Shown here: positions 57,642-64,000 of the stretch, piece by piece
How positions within the stretch are numbered: the first letter of the stretch is position 1
How the letters are laid out: each line of letters begins with the position of its first letter
Source of the DNA: Chitinophaga pinensis
Lineage (GTDB): Bacteria; Bacteroidota; Bacteroidia; Chitinophagales; Chitinophagaceae
Assembly: GCA_945877085.1 (NCBI GenBank)
Contig: CAMCQV010000001.1
Location: 20,221-84,220, forward strand
Direction of reading: 5' to 3'
DNA length: 64,000 nt
Notes under the pieces: model-generated
Databases searched by the model: none
Seen by the model: the letters and a program-made list of their open reading frames with translations, nothing else
What the model was told of the DNA's origin: nothing
Position numbers and translations under genes: made by a program

Positions 57642-58484
57642 TTATACAATTTTTAAAGAGATGTCTACTGATTCAATATGATGGGTTAAGTCGCCTATCG
57701 AAATAAAATCCACACCAGTAGAGGCATATGCAACAATATTATCTTGATTGACGCCTCCAGAAACTTCTAATGGTTTTTTGTTTTGATTGATTGTAACCAT
57801 AGTTGCCACAGTTGCTGGAGTCATATTGTCTAGCAAAACTCTAGTGACAAAATCAAATGATAAAGCTTCTAATAGCTCATCTTGATTTTTTACTTCCACT
57901 ACCACCGGTAGATTTATTTTTTCGGCCGTACAATATTGCCCAGTCGCTTCTAATGCCAAACGAACACTTCCAGCCGCTTTTATATGATTGTCTTTGATTA
58001 AAATCATATCATACAAACCAAAACGATGATTCACTCCTCCTCCAATACGAACGGCCCATTTTTCGGCTATTCTAAAATTGGGTGTTGTTTTTCTGGTATC
58101 TAATATTTTAGCTGAATAGGCAGCAATCATGCTTTTTAAATGATGCGTCTTGGTGGCAATACCGCTCATCCTTTGCATACAATTAAGCATGAGTCTTTCT
58201 GCCAATAAGATACTATGAATCTGGCCTTGCAATTGACCAATCACTTGATTTTGATGCACTGCATCTCCATCTTGCACTTTAAATTCCACTTTTAAATTCG
58301 CATCAATCATTTGCGCGATGCAAGTCACCATCTCCACGCCTGCAATAATACAAGCCTCCTTCACCAAAAATTGCGCATGCCCTACTTGGTCTTTGGGTAT
58401 GGTCGCCATGGTTGTGATATCGCCTATTTGAGCGATATCTTCTGCTATGGCATGTTGGATAAATTGTGCTAATGCTTGATTCAT
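57642..58484 (-). CDS. nadC: Quinolinate phosphoribosyltransferase
   Basis: DTRKTTP, HRFGL, IKDNH, LLDNM and SGG motifs. Confidence 0.95.
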   Translation of the reverse strand: MNQALAQFIQHAIAEDIAQIGDITTMATIPKDQVGHAQFLVKEACIIAGVEMVTCIAQMIDANLKVEFKVQDGDAVHQNQVIGQLQGQIHSILLAERLMLNCMQRMSGIATKTHHLKSMIAAYSAKILDTRKTTPNFRIAEKWAVRIGGGVNHRFGLYDMILIKDNHIKAAGSVRLALEATGQYCTAEKINLPVVVEVKNQDELLEALSFDFVTRVLLDNMTPATVATMVTINQNKKPLEVSGGVNQDNIVAYASTGVDFISIGDLTHHIESVDISLKIV

Positions 58485-59716
58485 TATTGTTGGTCAATAA
58501 TTTCTATAGTTGTTTTCTCTAGTTTACTTAACAAGGGAGGCAACACAAACGGCGTTCTTTGAAAATAAAATAAGGTTATTATATTTCGCTTTGGGTCCAC
58601 CATATAAGCTGTATTGAAAGCGCCGCCCCAAAAATAAGAGCCAACTGATGCTTTGTTAATTGATTGTCCTTTCACAGAAGTCAATCCGACCCCTAAACCA
58701 AATTGATTCAGAGAAGGGAATCCGCCAAAAATAAAAGTTTTCTCACCTAACTGATTTGTAAGTAACTGCGCTTTTGTGGCTGGTTGTAATAAGCGAAATT
58801 TATTTTTTGAATTTTCCGAATTCAATAGATGATTAAAAAACAGGAAATAATCATAGGTGGTAGAAACCAATCCACCAATGGCCGAAAAATAAGTTGCATT
58901 TTCTAACAAAGGATAATCCACTGGCATTGCCGCTCTATCTGCCGCCTTTAAATTATTATTTTGTTTGATATAGATTTCGACAAGTCTATTTTGTTTTGAC
59001 TTAGGAAGGTAAAAATAGGTATCCTTCATCCCTAATGGCTTAAAGATGTTTTCTGTTAAATAGGTGTCTAAATTTTGCTTGGTAACAAATTCAATCAAGC
59101 CACCTAGTACATTGGTACTAAGGCCATAACTGAATCTTGCACCAGGCTGATGCGCTAAAGGCATTTTTGCAATTTGCGCAATTTCCGCTCTAAGGTTTGG
59201 ATATTGTGTCACACCGCTATTACTTAATCCATATTTAAGAAACTCTTTTTGTAAATAAGGATACTCGTCTGCTGAACTAATACCAGCTTGATGTGTCAAT
59301 AAATCTCTGATGGTAATGGACCTTGCCCTATCAACTAGCACCAATGAATCTGCTGTTTTAACAAACACTTTTTGACTAGAAAATTCTGGGAAGTACATTT
59401 CAATGGGATCCTCTAAACGAATTTGTCCTCTTTCTACTAACTGAAGTACAGCGACAGATATAATGGCTTTAGTCTGAGAGGCAACACGAAAAATGGCATT
59501 TTCTTCCATGCTTTTATTTGCCTCTATATTAGAAAAACCATAGGCTTTATGATGGATTATTTTTCCATTACTGGCAATCAAAGCCACACCACCAGCAATA
59601 TTATGTTGTGCTATTTCTGCATTGATGGTACTATCAATTCGATAAAATGCAGGTAATTGAGCAAATATTGAAACACTTGAAAAAAATAATAAACTAAAAA
59701 CTAGAGCCTTTTTCAT
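58484..59716 (-). CDS. Secreted serine hydrolase (class C beta-lactamase / esterase fold)
   Basis: SxxK (ASQTK), LLTHQAG, FSY, WGG motifs; start ATG 59716. Confidence 0.88.
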   Translation of the reverse strand: MKKALVFSLLFFSSVSIFAQLPAFYRIDSTINAEIAQHNIAGGVALIASNGKIIHHKAYGFSNIEANKSMEENAIFRVASQTKAIISVAVLQLVERGQIRLEDPIEMYFPEFSSQKVFVKTADSLVLVDRARSITIRDLLTHQAGISSADEYPYLQKEFLKYGLSNSGVTQYPNLRAEIAQIAKMPLAHQPGARFSYGLSTNVLGGLIEFVTKQNLDTYLTENIFKPLGMKDTYFYLPKSKQNRLVEIYIKQNNNLKAADRAAMPVDYPLLENATYFSAIGGLVSTTYDYFLFFNHLLNSENSKNKFRLLQPATKAQLLTNQLGEKTFIFGGFPSLNQFGLGVGLTSVKGQSINKASVGSYFWGGAFNTAYMVDPKRNIITLFYFQRTPFVLPPLLSKLEKTTIEIIDQQ

Positions 59717-59757
59717 GAAAGAACGTTTCACGAAAATACGCAAAATTATTAGAAAAT

Positions 59758-60435
59758 CTACTTTGAAATAATTTCTAACATTGCCGATAAACTATGAACG
59801 ATATAATCTGGCTTTGCTTGCATTAATTGTGTTTCGGTTTGTGCACCTGTCGTAATACCAATATTCAACAAACAGCCTGCATTTTTACCCTCTTCAATAT
59901 CAATACAAGAATCTCCAATTTTAACCATTTGCTTTGTGTCTGCTATGTTCAATTTATCTTTTGCATAAAGAATCATATCTGGCATAGGACGATTGTGCAG
60001 TACATCAGAGGCAGTTACTAAAAGATCTATTTGTGCTCCTTCTGACCAACCTAATTGAGCTAATAAACTTTCTGCAGTTGCTCTATTGTAGCCTGTATTT
60101 AAGACAACTTGTATCCCTTTTTCTTTTAATGCAATAAAAACCTGTTCTGCACCTGGCATTGGAGTCACTTTAAAGTTTTTATAAGCAATATCTAATTGCG
60201 CTAAAAAATAATTAAACGCTTCTAATTGCACCATTTCATCTAATGCATAAGGGCTTTTAGAAATGATGTCTTTAATTGCTTGGAATTTTTCCTTGCCAGC
60301 GCCATGTAATAATACATGGTCTAAATCTACTGGTACATTGTAATGATTGATAGCTGCTTGTAAAGTTTTATAAACAAGATTGTCTTCATTTACCGTGGTA
60401 CCAGCCATGTCAAATACGACACATTGAATTTGCAT
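59758..60435 (-). CDS. Phosphonatase-like (PhnX-like) HAD hydrolase
   Basis: FDMAGTT (DxAGT), NTG, RP.PDMI and KIGDS..DIEEG motifs. Confidence 0.85.
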   Translation of the reverse strand: MQIQCVVFDMAGTTVNEDNLVYKTLQAAINHYNVPVDLDHVLLHGAGKEKFQAIKDIISKSPYALDEMVQLEAFNYFLAQLDIAYKNFKVTPMPGAEQVFIALKEKGIQVVLNTGYNRATAESLLAQLGWSEGAQIDLLVTASDVLHNRPMPDMILYAKDKLNIADTKQMVKIGDSCIDIEEGKNAGCLLNIGITTGAQTETQLMQAKPDYIVHSLSAMLEIISK

Positions 60436-60440
60436 AAAAA

Positions 60441-60989
60441 TTATTTTAAACTATTTTGAATCATGGAAGCAAAAAATTCAACTGCTTCAGTTTTCATCTC
60501 CGGATCTTTTGCAATATCATCCCATTTTCTCAATGTAATAGCATCTTTAAAAAAGGGATTCAATTCAAATTCAACCACTTCAGTTTCGTTCATCACACCA
60601 CCTTGAAAGGTTAAACTTGTTTTTGATGGAGCAGATAATGTGTCATAATAGTGTTGATCTACTGCACATAAATATCTTTTAGCAGCCACATGTAATTTAA
60701 CAGGCTCCACCACTGCAGGAACAAAATAGGTTTCCAGATATTTCGCAGCCAGTGCTTCATGCACATCGTCTATTCCATTGTCACTAGTATCGTCTGGTAG
60801 GTCATGTAAAAGATGGCCAATATCGTGTAATAATGCTGCTGTCACCAAGGAGTCAGAGGCATTATTTTCTCTAGCCAATGTAGCCGCTTGTAAAGCATGT
60901 TCTAATTGAGTTACAGCCTCTCCGCCATACATTGAACCGCCATTGGTATTAAATAAAGTAAAGATTTCTGTTACGATAGGATGATTCAT
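60441..60989 (-). CDS. phnZ: HD-domain phosphonate oxygenase (PhnZ family)
   Basis: YGGEAVTQLEHALQAA, HDIGH, HE, HVAAKRYL, QGG and RKWDD motifs. Confidence 0.87.
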   Translation of the reverse strand: MNHPIVTEIFTLFNTNGGSMYGGEAVTQLEHALQAATLARENNASDSLVTAALLHDIGHLLHDLPDDTSDNGIDDVHEALAAKYLETYFVPAVVEPVKLHVAAKRYLCAVDQHYYDTLSAPSKTSLTFQGGVMNETEVVEFELNPFFKDAITLRKWDDIAKDPEMKTEAVEFFASMIQNSLK

Positions 60990-61006
60990 AAATAGATTTT
61001 TTAAAA

Positions 61007-62131
61007 TTAAATAGTTTCAATCATTTCTTCTGCAAAACCAAATGACATGGTCATACCGTGTCCACCAATACCATTTAAAATATAGACCCCTGGTTCTGGA
61101 TTTAAGAATAATTCTGCAGCACCATTGGTCATAATTGGATATATACCATTCCATGATTGAATCATATCCCATTGGTCAATATGCATGAACTTTTTCAGGT
61201 AAGCAAGAATCATTTCATTGATTTCTGTTTTATCGAATGGTTCAAAATCTAATGCATATTCATGTGAATCTCCTACCGTTAATTCGCCTTGATTATTTTG
61301 AGATACCATTACATGAATACCATATTTTAAATATTCTGGAATTTCCTCTTCTATCTTTAGTCTTAATTTAGTTAAGGCTGATGATGCATGAAAACTTTTA
61401 TAATGCAATAAAGACAATCCGCCGCAAACAGATGCACCAATTTTATAATCAGGATCTTGATGCTTAAAGCGCATCATTTGTAATTTTGTTTTTATGATTG
61501 GCTGTGCTTTAAATTGTTCAGGATAAAGGGTTTCAAAATCTTGACCAGAACAAACACAAACTATATCTGCTTCGTATTTTGTTTTACCTGCAAAAGCACC
61601 ATGACTAGTTACACTGGTAATGGCTGTTCCCCAAATAAATGAAACTCCATATTTTTGGGTCAAAAAAGCAGGTAAATGTTTAATCCCTTCCCTTGGATCT
61701 ATGATGATTTCATCTTCACTTCTTAATGCCCCCAATAAACCATTTTCATTAATGCCATTGTACTGTGATAAAACCGTATCTTTATTTATAACAGAAACCG
61801 GTCGATTTTTAGATTGAAAAAACTGCGCAATATCTTCTACTACATTCATCTCTTCTGTGCAATATGCCAAATGCAAACTACCGCAAGCGTTGTAAGGTAT
61901 TTTAGCAGTCTCTAAATAATCAACCCAAATTTCTTTTGTTCTTACTGATCGATTGTATAGGTTACCATCTGGTTGACCTACAGGCCAAAGCATACCGAAA
62001 TTACGTACACTAGCTCCTAATGCAAATTGAGACTTCTCAATTACTTTAACCGCATATCCCTTTTCTGCTAATGCTCTAGCAGTCGCTAGGCCTACAATTC
62101 CTGCTCCAACCACAATTGCCGACTTATTCAT
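61007..62131 (-). CDS. FAD-dependent oxidoreductase, TIGR03364-type (phosphonate-cluster amine oxidase-like)
   Basis: GAGIVG, GASVRNFG, KLQM, GDSHEY and GGHGMT motifs; cluster context. Confidence 0.85.
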   Translation of the reverse strand: MNKSAIVVGAGIVGLATARALAEKGYAVKVIEKSQFALGASVRNFGMLWPVGQPDGNLYNRSVRTKEIWVDYLETAKIPYNACGSLHLAYCTEEMNVVEDIAQFFQSKNRPVSVINKDTVLSQYNGINENGLLGALRSEDEIIIDPREGIKHLPAFLTQKYGVSFIWGTAITSVTSHGAFAGKTKYEADIVCVCSGQDFETLYPEQFKAQPIIKTKLQMMRFKHQDPDYKIGASVCGGLSLLHYKSFHASSALTKLRLKIEEEIPEYLKYGIHVMVSQNNQGELTVGDSHEYALDFEPFDKTEINEMILAYLKKFMHIDQWDMIQSWNGIYPIMTNGAAELFLNPEPGVYILNGIGGHGMTMSFGFAEEMIETI

Positions 62132-63392
62132 ATTGTATTGTTTTATATTTTTTTGAGAAATAGATCATATTTAAAATACTAAAAAGGATACCAATTAAAG
62201 ATAAAACAACTAAGCCATTGCTAAAAAATGTTGTCCAACTTAAATTGACATCCATAGTCCCTTTTAATATTATTACCCCTGCACTTGCAACATAGCCAAA
62301 TGCATCCACTAAGTACATAAAATACCCCACATTGGCTTTTAATTTATAACTAGCAATCATTCGATCAAATAGAATTGAATTGAATGGAATATAGCCCATG
62401 TATAAGCCTAAACCAACTAAGACAATCCATAAAAACCCAGAAATAAAGTGGTTGACAAATAATAAAGTACTTGCTCCACAAATAATAAAGCCGCATAAAA
62501 TAATTGTTTGGGCTAAGAAAAACGCCAACTTATTATTTTTTATATAAATCATACTTGCAATTAAGATTAACACACAAATTGCAATTGGAATTTCAGTTGT
62601 TGTAAAAATAGATGCTGTATTGCCATAACCTAATTCATTCCATAGCTCGGCTGCAAAGTTGTCTCTAATGTCTCTAAATAAAGACAATAACATATAAATT
62701 AAAATGAAGGAAATTAATCCAAAACTAAATTGAGTAAAAAAATACTTTCTTTCCTTGCTATTCAATGGAACACGAACGGATTTATTTAATTTCTCTTCAT
62801 AAGTAGGATTGGGTATTTTTTCCAATAAATATACCAGCACAATCACTGGGATGATAAAAATACCTCCCGTATAAAAAGGAATCCAATTTTCTGCAATCAG
62901 GTATTGCATTTGCAACCATTTGCCCACAGATTTAACAAAGCCCGAAGAAACAATGAAACTCACAGCCATAGTTGCCCCAATAAAATCGGTGGATTTTCGT
63001 CCTTCAACAAAAGAAAAAATTAAACCCCAAAGCACGCCTAATGGTAATCCATTTAAAAAAAGCATGGTCACATTCCAAGGGCTATCAATTAAGGGAAATA
63101 ACAATAAAGGAATCCAAGATGCTACAAGTAAAATTAAAATAGCCCAGCCCCTTCCAATATGCTTTAATTCCGAAATATATTTAATTCCACAAAATTTACT
63201 AATCGTATACCCTATGACTTGAGAAATGACTAGTATATTTTTATAATCTACTCCAAATATCTTTGGCTCATTTAGATATAAACCAATTGTAAATGGTTTT
63301 CTAAAGGCATACACGCATGCATAGGTCAAAAAGCAAATTGCTGCTATATAGATAGACAGTAAAACCGAATGTTGCTTTTTATTTTGGCTCAT
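62124..63392 (-). CDS. DUF5690-like MFS-type membrane transporter
   Basis: YAFRKPF, SQVIGY..SKF.GIK, NGLPLG, EGR, RDIRDNF and DAFGY motifs; about 12 TM helices. Confidence 0.82.
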   Translation of the reverse strand: MSQNKKQHSVLLSIYIAAICFLTYACVYAFRKPFTIGLYLNEPKIFGVDYKNILVISQVIGYTISKFCGIKYISELKHIGRGWAILILLVASWIPLLLFPLIDSPWNVTMLFLNGLPLGVLWGLIFSFVEGRKSTDFIGATMAVSFIVSSGFVKSVGKWLQMQYLIAENWIPFYTGGIFIIPVIVLVYLLEKIPNPTYEEKLNKSVRVPLNSKERKYFFTQFSFGLISFILIYMLLSLFRDIRDNFAAELWNELGYGNTASIFTTTEIPIAICVLILIASMIYIKNNKLAFFLAQTIILCGFIICGASTLLFVNHFISGFLWIVLVGLGLYMGYIPFNSILFDRMIASYKLKANVGYFMYLVDAFGYVASAGVIILKGTMDVNLSWTTFFSNGLVVLSLIGILFSILNMIYFSKKYKTIQYE

Positions 63393-63402
63393 ATCTTATC
63401 TT

Positions 63403-63438
63403 AAACAAATAAGGAAGAGCAGGTAAACCTGCTCTTCC
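63403..63438 (-). terminator. Intrinsic terminator / hairpin between susD and DUF5690 gene
   Basis: GGAAGAGCAGG-ttta-CCTGCTCTTCC followed by TTATTTGTTT on the minus strand. Confidence 0.75.
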
Positions 63439-63475
63439 GCTTAACAATACACCAATTCAAATTCAAAAAAAACTA

Positions 63476-64000
63476 TTATTTTATGATCCACATTTTTGTA
63501 TTGATATCATCAGCACCTTGTCTACTCACTGCAGCATCTCTATTTACTTTATTTAAAGATTGCTCAGATAAAGGATAAATGAATCTTACAGGAACTAAAT
63601 TGTTATTCAAATTATCAGGGCCTGGAACGACTGTTGGCAATCCTGTTCTTCTCCAATCATACCAACCCTCCAAGCCTGTAAACATCAATGCTATCCACTT
63701 TTGAAAAGCAATCTTCTCTAGCTTTTGTTGACTCGTTCCAGTATAAACAATCGCAGGTTGAGTAAAATAGCCAGAAGAAGGAGTTACATTTATGCCGTAT
63801 GCAGCAGGAACAACCTCTTTATAATAATCAAAGTTTGACTTGATACCTTCATTATAAAAAGTTTCAGCTGATACAGTAGAAGTTACTAAACCTTTTTCAA
63901 CTGCTTCAGCAAGAATAAATTGAAGTTCTGAGTAGTTCATAATGATTCCTCTTGCAACGTTAGAAATTGGTGGAGTTTGTCCTTGATCATTACAAACAAG
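63476..64000 (-). CDS. SusD/RagB-family lipoprotein (C-terminal part; start lies beyond window)
   Basis: Frame open to the window edge; YSELQFILAEA, QKWIA, EGWYDWRRTGLP and RFIYP motifs. Confidence 0.9.
   Translation of the reverse strand, partial: LVCNDQGQTPPISNVARGIIMNYSELQFILAEAVEKGLVTSTVSAETFYNEGIKSNFDYYKEVVPAAYGINVTPSSGYFTQPAIVYTGTSQQKLEKIAFQKWIALMFTGLEGWYDWRRTGLPTVVPGPDNLNNNLVPVRFIYPLSEQSLNKVNRDAAVSRQGADDINTKMWIIK

Noticed and set aside
58484-59716. Possible beta-lactam resistance gene
   Set aside because: The SxxK fold is shared by many esterases and peptidases; nothing here specifically indicates beta-lactamase activity.

Overview
AT-rich (by eye, mid-30s % GC) chromosomal segment of a Bacteroidota bacterium. 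The evidence is SusC/SusD pairs, TAnnTTTG -7 promoter elements and lipoprotein export signals; Chitinophagaceae-like is an inference. It holds about 55 CDS, mostly housekeeping: typA, an RND pump, chrA, recQ, kdsD, manC, fabH, purF, surA, rimP-nusA-infB, lrp-ald, sulP-can, ppk1-ppx, rib and nad clusters. No tRNA, rRNA, CRISPR array or mobile element was seen. Four signals stand out. (1) A secreted protein combining a heme-c motif with all copper ligands of a PHM-like monooxygenase sits tail-to-tail with a secreted redoxin. (2) An 11-bp-phased TTAACA-like (Pho-box-like) array occurs in identical geometry upstream of an orphan surface lipoprotein + TonB-receptor pair and upstream of a PlcP-like phosphoesterase + glycosyltransferase operon, suggesting a phosphate-starvation regulon. 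(3) A SusD-linked phosphonate locus (DUF5690 transporter, FAD oxidoreductase, PhnZ, PhnX-like HAD) has no phnY or phnW in view. (4) A candidate polyproline ribosome-arrest leader ORF precedes sulP-can. All functional calls come from motif recognition, not database searches.
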